64,000 nucleotides of DNA, from sequence record MZ475895.1, one strand, 5' to 3'. Within the stretch, counting starts at the first letter, position 1. Every line of letters begins with the position of its first letter. The position numbers and the translations under genes were made by a program. Below, piece by piece: positions 36,256-45,704 of the stretch. Under the pieces are notes generated by a model that saw only the letters and a program-made list of their open reading frames with translations, ran no database searches and had not been told where the DNA came from.

Positions 36256-37544
36256 TACTTGACCGACTGTTTAAGCAGACGCTTCTGTTGAGGACTCAGA
36301 CCCATAACGTCGGAGATTTGATCAATCTTCGCCAGAGTCAGAACGCCTTTAGCAGTGCCGCTAGAACCAGTCAGGCTGATCTTAACGAACTCACGTCCTT
36401 CACGACCTGTGACCAGCTGGTGGATAAGAGTGTTCTTACCGCTACGTCCCGCACGCAATGCGCTGCTTGCCATGCCCAAAATCTCGGTAACAGCTTCGCG
36501 CTTCTCAGAAGGAGACAGGCCAGGAACGAGACGCACATAAAGGCTATCGTTCTGCACACGCACGGAGTCGAAGATTTCTTTCTTGCGACCACGAACGGTA
36601 TGCTGGCGTTGACCCAACTGAGTCATGTTACGCAGGTCATCAGTCGAACGATTGATAGGCTTACGTTCGCTGTAGTTCAGGAATCCATCCAGAGCCATCA
36701 GCTGGTTGATAGCACGCTTCATTTCAGGAGCGGTTTCAATCAGACGGCCCAGTGGGAATGAGTTAGGAACTTTCTCATCCACCAGCGAGGTGATGTAGTT
36801 TTCACTCAGACCAGTAGCCACTGCAATCTTGGTAGAGACTACGATAGCATAGGTCGGATAGTGCAGGCCGTCAGAGTTCACGAAGTTATCGATGAACACA
36901 TAGGTCTGGAAGATGATTGGGTCAGTACCCTGCGCGATGAAAGTACGTGTACGAATCTTAGAGTAATCTTCTTTACTCAGAATCTTCGACAGGTAGTTAG
37001 CGATGGTAGCAGCCAACTTGGTGTGTTCTTTCGGTGCGCCGTTCTTAACGTCAATGCTCATCAAACGCACCAGCTGGGTCTGCTGGTCTTTGGCCTGATT
37101 GATAACACTAAGCAATGACTTGGAAGCGCCTGTCTGATCTTTGAAGGCACTGAACGTTTTGCTATTCAGAATCTGATAAGCAACGGACAACTCGCCGATA
37201 GCCTGAGACAACTGACTGACCTGAGCGTTATATTTAGCTTTGTTCTGGACGTCAGAAATATCAATCTTCGACAAGTCGATCACTTGGTTCAGATCGATTG
37301 ACTTGGCCTGTTTACCTTTGATTGAGCCTTCCAGATCAGAAAGTTCAATCGCTTTAGGGCTGGCGCTAACAGACAGCAGCTTCTTAGGAATGGTTACAGA
37401 GGTAGCAAGAGAGATAACGTTTTCAAGTACCTTCTTGAACTCTTTAGCAGTACGTGCATTACGCAACGCCACCATGTTCCCAGAGCCGTAATCAACGGAT
37501 GCGCTGATGCTGCTAACTTCATTGTTTTTGGCAGTCTTAGCCAT
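36255..37544 (-). CDS. Putative head/core protein with N-terminal SxSA sites
   Basis: Start MAKTAKNN (GAGGA RBS); SSISA and LSVSA motifs. Confidence 0.55.
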   Translation of the reverse strand: MAKTAKNNEVSSISASVDYGSGNMVALRNARTAKEFKKVLENVISLATSVTIPKKLLSVSASPKAIELSDLEGSIKGKQAKSIDLNQVIDLSKIDISDVQNKAKYNAQVSQLSQAIGELSVAYQILNSKTFSAFKDQTGASKSLLSVINQAKDQQTQLVRLMSIDVKNGAPKEHTKLAATIANYLSKILSKEDYSKIRTRTFIAQGTDPIIFQTYVFIDNFVNSDGLHYPTYAIVVSTKIAVATGLSENYITSLVDEKVPNSFPLGRLIETAPEMKRAINQLMALDGFLNYSERKPINRSTDDLRNMTQLGQRQHTVRGRKKEIFDSVRVQNDSLYVRLVPGLSPSEKREAVTEILGMASSALRAGRSGKNTLIHQLVTGREGREFVKISLTGSSGTAKGVLTLAKIDQISDVMGLSPQQKRLLKQSVK

Positions 37545-37578
37545 GATTATCCTCGGCTGGGGCAATTGTTCGAATCGA

Positions 37579-37589
37579 GTAAAAATTAG
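37579..37589 (-). promoter_or_regulatory. Candidate late-type motif CTAATTTTTAC
   Basis: 35 nt upstream of 37544; identical copy at 38446-38456. Confidence 0.5.
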
Positions 37590-37657
37590 CGACAAGGAGC
37601 TGTTTATTTCTGATCTTAGCGCAGGAAGACTTTACAAATTTTTTGACTGAGAATGAC

Positions 37658-37685
37658 AAAAGGGCCACCCGAAGGCAGCCCTTTT
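37658..37685 (-). terminator. Intrinsic terminator
   Basis: GGGCUGCC-UUCG-GGUGGCCC-UUUU. Confidence 0.8.
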
Positions 37686-37717
37686 GTTTTCGCATCTGTG
37701 TAGCTGACCGAAGTCAA

Positions 37718-38383
37718 TTAAACAGTTACTTTACCTTTTGCTTTAGTCTTGGCAGCTTTCTTAGCGCCAGTCTTCTGAGCAGCGGTACCTTTGTGGTGAA
37801 CAGCTTTAGCAGTAGTCTGCTTGCCACCTTTCAGACGCGGTAACGGCTTAAGGGTAGGCTTCTTCAGGGTAACTGCCTTCGGCGCCACTTTCGGAGTCAC
37901 GATCTTACCGGCCTTGATGGTCGGCTTGTTCGCTTTACGCGCGGCCAGACGAGCTTTCTGTTTCGCGATCAGGTTGCTGTAACCAGCTTTCTGTTTCGCG
38001 GCCAGGTTGCTACGTGCAACTTTCTGACGGGCCAGCAGCAGTTTACGCACACGGCTCTGAGAAGCTTGGGTAGCTTTCAGACCTTTGGCGTATTTAGCCT
38101 GGCGCTCTTTCAGACGCTGCTCAATGCTTTTGCCTTTGGCGCGAGCTTTGGTTTTACGCAGGTGGGTAGCACGTTCACCATCGAACTTTTTCTCAGCAGC
38201 GGTTTTCTTCGCAGCAGGCTTTTTAGCCGCAGCTTTTTTCGCTGTTGGAGTTTTGGTGCCAGCAGTTTTAGGCTTACGTGCAGTGGTTTTCTTCGCAGCA
38301 GGTTTTTTAGCAGCGGTTTTCTTGGCTTTAGATCCACCTTTAACCGGGTCGGTAGGTGAAGTCAGTTTGCGTTTTACGGCCAT
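37718..38383 (-). CDS. Histone H1-like (Lys/Ala-rich, PAAKK-repeat) DNA-binding protein
   Basis: KKPAAKKTTARK, KKAAAKKPAAKKTAAEKK; almost no acidic residues. Confidence 0.7.
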   Translation of the reverse strand: MAVKRKLTSPTDPVKGGSKAKKTAAKKPAAKKTTARKPKTAGTKTPTAKKAAAKKPAAKKTAAEKKFDGERATHLRKTKARAKGKSIEQRLKERQAKYAKGLKATQASQSRVRKLLLARQKVARSNLAAKQKAGYSNLIAKQKARLAARKANKPTIKAGKIVTPKVAPKAVTLKKPTLKPLPRLKGGKQTTAKAVHHKGTAAQKTGAKKAAKTKAKGKVTV

Positions 38384-38445
38384 GATTATATCCTCAAGTT
38401 ACAATGAAACTTCGTCCTATGGACATTAAGTTTTGAAATCAGCAA

Positions 38446-38456
38446 GTAAAAATTAG
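38446..38456 (-). promoter_or_regulatory. Candidate late-type motif CTAATTTTTAC
   Basis: 63 nt upstream of the histone-like gene. Confidence 0.5.
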
Positions 38457-38498
38457 TATAATCCCCGTAGGAATAAACAGGAAATTTCCTAAACATTT

Positions 38499-39578
38499 TT
38501 ACTGTACTGTATATCCGATTTCAGACAACACCGCGTCCAATTCTTTCCGTGCTCGCACACGCAAAGACTTTTTAATTCCCGATGCCTTAAGGTAATCCTT
38601 AAGGCCATCACGTGGGTCGATATCCGCAAGCGCCAACTCACTAACATCAACTGTATCTATATTATCGAGATCGACACGTTTATTCGTGGAATTTATTTGG
38701 GAAATGTTAGGCACGCGTGTGCGTATGTCTGCTGGGATAGAGACTTCTTCTTTCACTATAACTCGATAACGAATAGCAGAGTTGGCTTCGAGACGCGACC
38801 AATCCTTTTGAGTTTCAATAAATACTGTTTCCAGTCTAAAGCCAGGCTTGCTATCAACAAACTTCTGCTTAACCACCAGCTCTTTGTTCTTGTACTGCGC
38901 CTTGAAGTGAATGAAACCTTTAGGCAGGGACTCGCCGAATGTCTTTTGATACGGTGCACCACAGTACGTGAAGCGTTTCTTCTCCAGCACTTGATGCAAA
39001 TGGATGTGACCACTGATCGTGTAATCGCGTGGGTCAACCTTAATGTCGTGCTTCGCTTTGAGAGGACGACCGTTATCGCCCAGAGCACCAACAGCTTCAA
39101 CGTGACAGAAGTTAAGACACGGCTTCTTGTGCTTGATGCTTTCCTTTGCAGGGTGCGGCAGGAAGTTAACAACGATGCCGTCAATCTCAACCTGTTCTGG
39201 TCTGAGGTAGATGTGCAGCGACTTGAGGAACGACCACTCACAGAATGTTTTAATCAGGTCCATGCTGGTGGTTGTCATGTCCGCCCAGTCATGGTTGCCG
39301 CCACAGTAATGACTTTCAATGATACCGTCATACTTAAGGAAGTGCTGCATCAGTCTGCGCTTAGTCTCATCGTCCATGCGGAACTTATCAGTAATGTCGC
39401 CTGGGATAAAGATGTGCTTGATGCCGTGCTCAAGGGCATACTGGTAGATGCGATCAATTGTTTCGAGTTGACGATCAACGTGATCTTGTGGGAAGTGATT
39501 CGATAAACCTTCCAAGTGCCAGTCAGCGGTTGCAAGTGCTTCAAGGAACGCAGTGGCGATCTTACTCTTTTTCATCAT
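38499..39578 (-). CDS. sbcD: SbcD/Mre11-like nuclease (calcineurin-like phosphoesterase)
   Basis: ADWH, PGDITD, GGNHD, CH and SGHIH motifs. Confidence 0.85.
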   Translation of the reverse strand: MMKKSKIATAFLEALATADWHLEGLSNHFPQDHVDRQLETIDRIYQYALEHGIKHIFIPGDITDKFRMDDETKRRLMQHFLKYDGIIESHYCGGNHDWADMTTTSMDLIKTFCEWSFLKSLHIYLRPEQVEIDGIVVNFLPHPAKESIKHKKPCLNFCHVEAVGALGDNGRPLKAKHDIKVDPRDYTISGHIHLHQVLEKKRFTYCGAPYQKTFGESLPKGFIHFKAQYKNKELVVKQKFVDSKPGFRLETVFIETQKDWSRLEANSAIRYRVIVKEEVSIPADIRTRVPNISQINSTNKRVDLDNIDTVDVSELALADIDPRDGLKDYLKASGIKKSLRVRARKELDAVLSEIGYTVQ

Positions 39579-39604
39579 TCTGTTCCATACGTTTTAGTGT
39601 AAGC

Positions 39605-39613
39605 TATTTACAG
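39605..39613 (-). promoter_or_regulatory. CTGTAAATA motif upstream of sbcD
   Basis: 27 nt upstream of 39578, directly after a terminator. Confidence 0.6.
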
Positions 39614-39616
39614 AAT

Positions 39617-39637
39617 AAAGGGCAGCCGAAGCCGCCC
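39617..39637 (-). terminator. Intrinsic terminator
   Basis: GGGCGGC-UUCG-GCUGCCC-UUUAUU. Confidence 0.7.
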
Positions 39638-39674
39638 AATGTTGGTCAGATGATAAAAATTATTGTACAAATAG

Positions 39675-39697
39675 AAAACGCCCCGTTAGGAGCGTTT
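39675..39697 (-). terminator. Intrinsic terminator after 39700..40470
   Basis: AAACGCUCC-UAAC-GGGGCGUUU-UCUAUUU. Confidence 0.65.
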
Positions 39698-39699
39698 GC

Positions 39700-40470
39700 C
39701 TATAGATCAGTATAGGAGCGAGTGAAATACGACTGCACCATTGGCCGAGTACCTGCAATCAAGTTTTGACCGAAGAATATATCGTCAGCACTAAATCGAA
39801 ACAGTCGATTGTTAAACACGCATTCATACTTGAAAGGATTTCGTGGCGTATCGTTTTCTGTCGTGTCCAAATACAGAATCATGTCGGAATCATCATAGCT
39901 GGTGTAGCTGTATGATGAGGCATTGATAGTCATAGACTCACAGCGAATGTAGCGGAAGGTGGGCGGGTTATCCACGAAGTTATAGGTGTCTAGTTCGACC
40001 TTACCTACTCGCGCAACACGAAAACTATTATTGGCATCCGTTACCATCAATGCGCTAATAGTCAGGGAAGGCGACTGAGCTCCTGTGCGAACATGAGTAC
40101 GTCCGTAAAACATTCGGCTTCTTAACGTGGTATCGTTAGAAAAGAAAATTGTATTGCACGGAGTCCATGCAAGCGCAGTCACCTCTTGACCTAGGGAACA
40201 ACCTCCAGCCAGAGTAGTGCCCGTGTGGATGTTGCTTGCGTTAGGCGTAGCAGTGTATGCCCACTTCAGGTTTGACGCATAGCGCTTGGCCGCGGCCACA
40301 CCACTAACAGTATTAGCCTGACCATTTATGCCGAGCGTGAACAGCGATTTGTTTACGACGTCTAATGGCGAAGCCACGTTGTCAAGCAGTGAGGTCTGAT
40401 CATCAAACGCAAACACTTGAGGACACAGCTTGTCGAATACACCGTAATTGGTTAGATGATATTGCATCAT
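39700..40470 (-). CDS. Hypothetical beta-rich protein, probable distant paralog of 40983..41807
   Basis: 256 aa; N-termini align (YxxxxxxxFxxx...xFDxxxxxxDxxxSPxxxV...GIxG). Confidence 0.55.
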   Translation of the reverse strand: MMQYHLTNYGVFDKLCPQVFAFDDQTSLLDNVASPLDVVNKSLFTLGINGQANTVSGVAAAKRYASNLKWAYTATPNASNIHTGTTLAGGCSLGQEVTALAWTPCNTIFFSNDTTLRSRMFYGRTHVRTGAQSPSLTISALMVTDANNSFRVARVGKVELDTYNFVDNPPTFRYIRCESMTINASSYSYTSYDDSDMILYLDTTENDTPRNPFKYECVFNNRLFRFSADDIFFGQNLIAGTRPMVQSYFTRSYTDL

Positions 40471-40973
40471 GACCTCTCTTTAAATCTCAGCCAGTCATTC
40501 CACCAGTAATCAACAGGAATGGATTTGCGTAGCGCATAATCAATGCAGTTCTGAGTTCCTGAAGGAGCACCACAGCACAATGATGCAAGTCTGTCTGTGT
40601 TATCTACCATGAAGTGATTACGTTTGTTCAACGCGAACCCTACATTGCCGTCCATGTGAAGCACGTCTTCTTTCGAACTGACTATGTGGACTTCGTGGCT
40701 TTTGTTCAGCAGCACATCGAGATCCCAAACGCTCTCAGTAGGCCAGCGTTCGTTGAAGCCTAAATAAGGAATGCACGACACGATGCGGTGGCCCTGAGCA
40801 AGACCGGCAGCAGCGACAGCTTGGTCGAAGCCTAACGCACAGCCTACCCAGAGCTCCACATCTGTGTCTATCTTTAACAACTGACGATGGGCGAACTTAT
40901 AGAGGCGTTGCTTTGCCTCAGAACCGTACCCACCTAAATACTGTGGACGGTGACCAGTGAATGAAAGTTTCAT
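40467..40973 (-). CDS. SLOG-superfamily protein (YspA/DUF1273-like)
   Basis: SFTGHRP, GCALGFDQ, CIPY, RNHFMVD, SGTQNCIDYA. Confidence 0.8.
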   Translation of the reverse strand: MKLSFTGHRPQYLGGYGSEAKQRLYKFAHRQLLKIDTDVELWVGCALGFDQAVAAAGLAQGHRIVSCIPYLGFNERWPTESVWDLDVLLNKSHEVHIVSSKEDVLHMDGNVGFALNKRNHFMVDNTDRLASLCCGAPSGTQNCIDYALRKSIPVDYWWNDWLRFKERS

Positions 40974-40979
40974 GATCAC

Positions 40980-40988
40980 TATTTACAG
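40980..40988 (-). promoter_or_regulatory. CTGTAAATA motif upstream of the SLOG gene
   Basis: 7 nt upstream of the ATG; overlaps the upstream Leu-stop codons. Confidence 0.3.
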
Positions 40989-41807
40989 TTGTATTGTGGC
41001 TCTACTGCGTATCGAAAGTGAAGGCTTTGTGCCCGGTGCTACAGGCAAATTGATCTGATCGCTTACTACCAGTTCGTCTTTGAGTTTGACGATCACCTTT
41101 AGTGCTGGAGAGTACATGATGCCCAAGTCCAGTATAGGCTTTTCGTCCTCAGGCACGAAATTGCCTGTCAGCCAAGAGATGCAGTTAGAGTTTATCAGAG
41201 CGGCACGTCCACCGTAGCCAGGACGTTCGTGGCCGTAAGAGGCTTGACCTCGCATGATAAGCAGCTCAGGCAGAACTGGACCAAATGAATATTTGGGATT
41301 GTCGTAGCGATAGGTTTCGTAAGAGGCAGTGTTGCCTAGCGTGTATATGTCAGGGCCTGTGATAGTATTCATTCGAGCAACGAATGTGTAGGAGTAACCG
41401 CCACCATATGCGCCATAGCAACCGAACATAGGCATAGACATTGCAACTGTTGAGTCACGCGCAACCTCAGGAAAAACAGTAGCCAAAGAGTTTGTGTTTT
41501 GGTGAGCTACACCCATAACAGTATCTGCACCAACGTTATACGAACCTATCACAGGGTTCGTTATCATGTCACTGAATTTTGTTCGGCGGGTATTGAACAT
41601 GAAATTGGTCATATAGTAGTTGTTGCCTAGTTGGCCTACAACGCCATTGACGAATGTTCTGCCTGCAATGCCTCGTGCTTTGGGCGTCAGTGCAACTATC
41701 TGATCAGGTGACTCTATCTCATCGATGTTGATTGCATCGCGTGAGTCAAACATTACCAGCTCACCAAATTGTTCGAATGTAGTATTTGCTTGCGCTAGAT
41801 ATAGCAT
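40983..41807 (-). CDS. Hypothetical beta-rich protein
   Basis: 274 aa; AAGGA RBS. Confidence 0.55.
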   Translation of the reverse strand: MLYLAQANTTFEQFGELVMFDSRDAINIDEIESPDQIVALTPKARGIAGRTFVNGVVGQLGNNYYMTNFMFNTRRTKFSDMITNPVIGSYNVGADTVMGVAHQNTNSLATVFPEVARDSTVAMSMPMFGCYGAYGGGYSYTFVARMNTITGPDIYTLGNTASYETYRYDNPKYSFGPVLPELLIMRGQASYGHERPGYGGRAALINSNCISWLTGNFVPEDEKPILDLGIMYSPALKVIVKLKDELVVSDQINLPVAPGTKPSLSIRSRATIQL

Positions 41808-41907
41808 ACAAAATTCCTTAGAGGCAGGTCAGAGCAAACGTGGAACGCTTACTTGCTGAACTTTGGAGGGAGTTAGGCACAGAGCACTTCCATGTGCTCA
41901 CCTACTG

Positions 41908-42273
41908 TTACGCGATGACTGTGATCTCGTGGTCTTTAGACGCCCACACTTTCTCACGGATGTTACGAGGCATAACGATGCAACCGTTAGACGCTGTGCC
42001 TGGTGCTTTGATGCTATCGCCATGCATCTGGAAAGACGCACGACCAAACATCTCATTGTCCTTGTGCGGCACTAAGTCCATAATGTACGGACCAGTCTTC
42101 TGGCTAGTGCGTGGAGGGCTGCACGTATAAGTACCCTGGGGCAATGGGCCTTCATTCTTGACTGCTTGCGACTGAGGGTCATTCTTGTGAGCACCCAGAC
42201 CAGCATAACCACGAGCCACCAGCTGGTGGTTGGCGTCAAACAATTCGCCTGTACTCTGTTTATAAGTCCACAT
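41908..42273 (-). CDS. DUF2778/Tlde1-like L,D-transpeptidase-fold protein
   Basis: GYAG...NDP...GPLPQGTY...FQMHGD...SNGCIV (H...SxGC catalytic pattern). Confidence 0.75.
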   Translation of the reverse strand: MWTYKQSTGELFDANHQLVARGYAGLGAHKNDPQSQAVKNEGPLPQGTYTCSPPRTSQKTGPYIMDLVPHKDNEMFGRASFQMHGDSIKAPGTASNGCIVMPRNIREKVWASKDHEITVIA

Positions 42274-42294
42274 AAGATTCTCCTGAGAAATGAG

Positions 42295-42315
42295 AAAGCC
42301 CCAATTAAGGGGCTT
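42295..42315 (-). terminator. Intrinsic terminator
   Basis: AAGCCCC-UUAAUU-GGGGCUU-UCUC. Confidence 0.65.
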
Positions 42316-42319
42316 GTGA

Positions 42320-43441
42320 TTAATGCCAAGAATTTTGAGCAGCCATGCGGTCTACTTTCTTAAACTTCTGCAATTTCTTGATCGATGTTTCAAGAGCTTT
42401 GCGGGCGCTTGCGTAAGGTGCACCTGGATTAGAGCCACCGCCATTGCCACCGAAGTTAGCATAACTATTCCATTTGCCTGTCTTACTATCCTTGCTCATA
42501 CGGTAGCTTGCTGTGCCGAGTTTGTACTCAATGCTGTTCGCTTTAACCACGAACTTACCTTTCGACACGCCACCTTTCTCGATCAAGTTCTTAACGATGT
42601 TCTTGACTTCTTTCGAAGCTGGCCAGTGGTCATGAGCTTGGATAGTTACCTTGGTACCCGGTACTTTCTTAGTGCTATAACTGTCGAGAACAGTTTTACC
42701 AAGCATTGGCTTATCTTTAGACGGATCGCCAGCCATTGCGTCATCTAAAGAACTGGCTTTGGGCTTACCCAGAAGTTTTTCTGCACGATCAGCTTTGATT
42801 GCACGTTTCTTCTCTGGTGAATAAGCACCGCCGCCTACAAGATCTTTACGCTTCTTAGTAGAGGCTTTCGCAACAGGAGCTTTCTTCGCTGCTTTGGTCA
42901 CAGTCTTACTACCCAGCGCATCGAACTTAGCAGAAGCCAGGAACTTAGGCTTGAACTGACCGCGCTTGCCAGTAACGCCGAACTCGTTCAGCTTGGCAGT
43001 ACGCAATGCAGCTAATACCTTAGGAGCTTTTTCAGTAATGCCCTGAAGAGAAGTTGAGGTCAGTCCCATCTTCAAGCCAGACAGTCCGTGCTTACGCGCA
43101 TAAGACGCAGACTCTTTCAGATGCAGCTTGGCTTCTTTGAGTGCGGCGCTGCCTTTAGCTTTATAGTCAGCAGCTTTGGCAGAAGCGCGAGATTTTGCAT
43201 CACCGGTCAGCGTTTTGACTTTAGCGCGGGCCTTGCTCCACGCATCGATGTTACGCGCAGCACTAACGCCAGCAGTCTTAGCTTTCTTCAAATGACCGAG
43301 GATGGTCGTCAGTTCTGCTTTCTTCTCTGAGTTAATAACCAGAGTAGCAACGCCATTCACCTTAGCGATTTTGTAGCTAGGCTTTTTAGCAGCAGACTCA
43401 GACACAACGTGATCTGCAAGATTGATTTTAATGAGTGACAT
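42320..43441 (-). CDS. Lys/Ala-rich putative internal head protein with an SxSA leader
   Basis: MSLIKINLADHVVSESA; paralog of 43452..44453. Confidence 0.65.
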   Translation of the reverse strand: MSLIKINLADHVVSESAAKKPSYKIAKVNGVATLVINSEKKAELTTILGHLKKAKTAGVSAARNIDAWSKARAKVKTLTGDAKSRASAKAADYKAKGSAALKEAKLHLKESASYARKHGLSGLKMGLTSTSLQGITEKAPKVLAALRTAKLNEFGVTGKRGQFKPKFLASAKFDALGSKTVTKAAKKAPVAKASTKKRKDLVGGGAYSPEKKRAIKADRAEKLLGKPKASSLDDAMAGDPSKDKPMLGKTVLDSYSTKKVPGTKVTIQAHDHWPASKEVKNIVKNLIEKGGVSKGKFVVKANSIEYKLGTASYRMSKDSKTGKWNSYANFGGNGGGSNPGAPYASARKALETSIKKLQKFKKVDRMAAQNSWH

Positions 43442-43451
43442 AGAGATGACC

Positions 43452-44453
43452 TTATGCGTTGTATTGAGTCAATGGCCGTGGCTTACGCTTCGGCAAACGT
43501 TTTGTTTTTATACCAGCAGCTTTATCTGAGGCGCGTTTATCTTCGCGTGCAGAGATGCCAACTGTTTGTGACAGGTAGCTGGTCAATGAAGCCTTAGACA
43601 AGGTTTCTTTGCGCTTGCCTGAGTCAACAACATATGAATTGCCCGAAGCGTGCGTGATCTTGAGCTTGAGCTTACCATTATCATAATGGATGTTGCCGTC
43701 AGCATCACCGTACAGTTTGGCAGACGCAGCTTTTTCCTGATACTTCTCCAGCTTGTCGATAATGCTACGCAGAGCGCTACTGCTTTTGTAGATATTGTTC
43801 AGATGCTTCTTACCTTCGTCCACTTTAGGCGCGGCAGCTTTCTTCGTCACAGGCTTTGTAACTAAACGCTTGGTAGTTTTCACAGCAGGTGCTTTACCCG
43901 AAGCTGCGATCTTCTCACCAATCTTATCGAACTTATCACCAGTAGCATATCGAGGCTTCAAAGGTACTGTGCGATGTGCACCGTCTTTTGCACGGAAACT
44001 ATCAGGCTTCGCTTTACTGATCTTGCCTAACGTATAGGTCGGGTCAGTTTGTGTGATATACGACGCTTTGATGGACAGGTCGAGCGCACTCAAGCCAGCT
44101 TTCTTCAAAAGATCAGCAGCAGCTTTAGCAAGTGCTTTGGCTTCTGTTACACCGTGCTTGATAGCTGCTTTGTTATCACTAATCTTTTCACGAATAGGCG
44201 CTTTCTTTGCAGGGGTCTGAGCCTGACTTAGCTTGAGTTTCAATTTCTCAGTAGCAACACCAAGCTTTGCCGCAGACACACCGAGAGTTTTGGCCTTCTT
44301 GAGATTAGCAACGGCCTTCGTAACAGCGGACTTGTGTTTGCTGTCAATTACGAGGGCCTGTGCACCGCCGATAGGAACGAGATGATAAGCTGGCTTGGCT
44401 TTGGCCGATTCAGATACTGCAAACTCCGCCAAATTGATTTTGATAAGTGACAT
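43452..44453 (-). CDS. Lys/Ala-rich putative internal head protein with an SxSA leader
   Basis: MSLIKINLAEFAVSESA; LVIxSxxK...LKKAKTxGVSAA shared with the neighbour. Confidence 0.65.
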   Translation of the reverse strand: MSLIKINLAEFAVSESAKAKPAYHLVPIGGAQALVIDSKHKSAVTKAVANLKKAKTLGVSAAKLGVATEKLKLKLSQAQTPAKKAPIREKISDNKAAIKHGVTEAKALAKAAADLLKKAGLSALDLSIKASYITQTDPTYTLGKISKAKPDSFRAKDGAHRTVPLKPRYATGDKFDKIGEKIAASGKAPAVKTTKRLVTKPVTKKAAAPKVDEGKKHLNNIYKSSSALRSIIDKLEKYQEKAASAKLYGDADGNIHYDNGKLKLKITHASGNSYVVDSGKRKETLSKASLTSYLSQTVGISAREDKRASDKAAGIKTKRLPKRKPRPLTQYNA

Positions 44454-44462
44454 AGCTGTTCC

Positions 44463-45059
44463 TTAGACTCTGCCGGTCATAGTAAATTCTTTGCCCGCAG
44501 AGTAATCTCCTAAGGCCGCATAAAGAGAATCACGCAACATCTTCTGAATGATATCCGAGTTATACGCGGACGCGTCGCGGAAAGCGACTTCAACAGTTTC
44601 AGTGCGTGGGTTGATTACAGCATAACGTAGAGGAGCAATCTCCTGAGCGTCACACCACAGATCGACAACGTGCTGTAGTCCAGGCGTCATCTGAATTTTG
44701 AAATCAGACAGCAGGAACACAGCACTTTGAATTGGCGGCGGAGCAGACTGAGAGACAACAGCATTGTCTCCAAGTTTCTCCATAGCCATAGACGCATTGT
44801 ACACTGAGGAGAATTTCGTTTTCAGTGCAGAGGTCTGTACTACCTTATAGCTATTCGATGAAATGCCCTGACGGCGCAGCTTGGCGATACGCACAACGTA
44901 ATCACCAGAATCGTCTGAGGCAAATGCAACGTAAGCGTAGCTCACGAAGCCAGGCTCCTCACTAAGCAGCTTGTGGTCGAGGGCACGAACACCCAAGACA
45001 GCACTAAGTGCCTGTAGGCCCATCTGAACTTCGCGGGACAGAGACACGTACATTTCCAT
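44463..45059 (-). CDS. Hypothetical protein with an SxS leader (start reassigned to MEMYVSLSR)
   Basis: Start 45059 avoids overlap with the lysozyme gene; internal VVSQSA. Confidence 0.6.
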   Translation of the reverse strand: MEMYVSLSREVQMGLQALSAVLGVRALDHKLLSEEPGFVSYAYVAFASDDSGDYVVRIAKLRRQGISSNSYKVVQTSALKTKFSSVYNASMAMEKLGDNAVVSQSAPPPIQSAVFLLSDFKIQMTPGLQHVVDLWCDAQEIAPLRYAVINPRTETVEVAFRDASAYNSDIIQKMLRDSLYAALGDYSAGKEFTMTGRV

Positions 45060-45066
45060 TAGCGAA

Positions 45067-45636
45067 TTATTTAACCCCCACGTGTTTAGCCAGATTGATA
45101 ACGCGAGTAACCCAACCATACACGTTCTCTTCTTGGTCTTCTGACTTCTTCGCCAGATTAAGCAAGAATGCTTTACGCATGGAGTTGAAGCTATCTGTAA
45201 GTACAGAAATGTCACGCACCTTAGCGTACAGGCCTAAGGTCGATAACGTTTTAGGTCCGATGTTTGGTGCAGGCACAAAATCGGGATACAACTTCTGGCG
45301 ATTGTTGAATACGTTCAGCAAGCCTTGAAGCTCCAGCGCAGCAGTACCCGCACCTGAGTTGACTGCATAGTCAAACACATAGATGGCGAGTTCTTCGCTG
45401 TACTTGGCAATGTCATCGCACTTGCACAAGTCCCAATAGTTCTTGGCATAGATCGCTTCTGCGGTTTCACGAGGCAATACTTTCATATCACCCTGATAAC
45501 CATAAGCGCGAGCGACTGGCTGAGTGATACCCCAGCGAGTGGGGCCGCCACGGTCAGCAGCGCGATTTGTGTAACGTTCGCCACCTTCTCTGTCGATAAG
45601 CTCTGAGGTAGCGCGAATAGCTAATTGACTAGGCAT
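45067..45636 (-). CDS. Endolysin, glycoside hydrolase family 108 with a C-terminal PG-binding_3-like domain
   Basis: REGGERYTNRAADRGGPTRWGIT, FDYAVNSG, IGPKTL, GWxxR; start MPSQLA. Confidence 0.85.
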   Translation of the reverse strand: MPSQLAIRATSELIDREGGERYTNRAADRGGPTRWGITQPVARAYGYQGDMKVLPRETAEAIYAKNYWDLCKCDDIAKYSEELAIYVFDYAVNSGAGTAALELQGLLNVFNNRQKLYPDFVPAPNIGPKTLSTLGLYAKVRDISVLTDSFNSMRKAFLLNLAKKSEDQEENVYGWVTRVINLAKHVGVK

Positions 45637-45660
45637 GATATTTACCTTTACGAAGTGTAC

Positions 45661-45671
45661 GAGAAAATTAT
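45661..45671 (-). promoter_or_regulatory. Candidate late-type motif ATAATTTTCTC upstream of the endolysin
   Basis: 25 nt upstream of 45636, after a terminator. Confidence 0.4.
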
Positions 45672-45684
45672 CATAGGGAACGAC

Positions 45685-45704
45685 AAAAGGGGCCGAAGCC
45701 CCTT
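45685..45704 (-). terminator. Intrinsic terminator
   Basis: AAGGGGC-UUCG-GCCCCUUUU. Confidence 0.8.
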
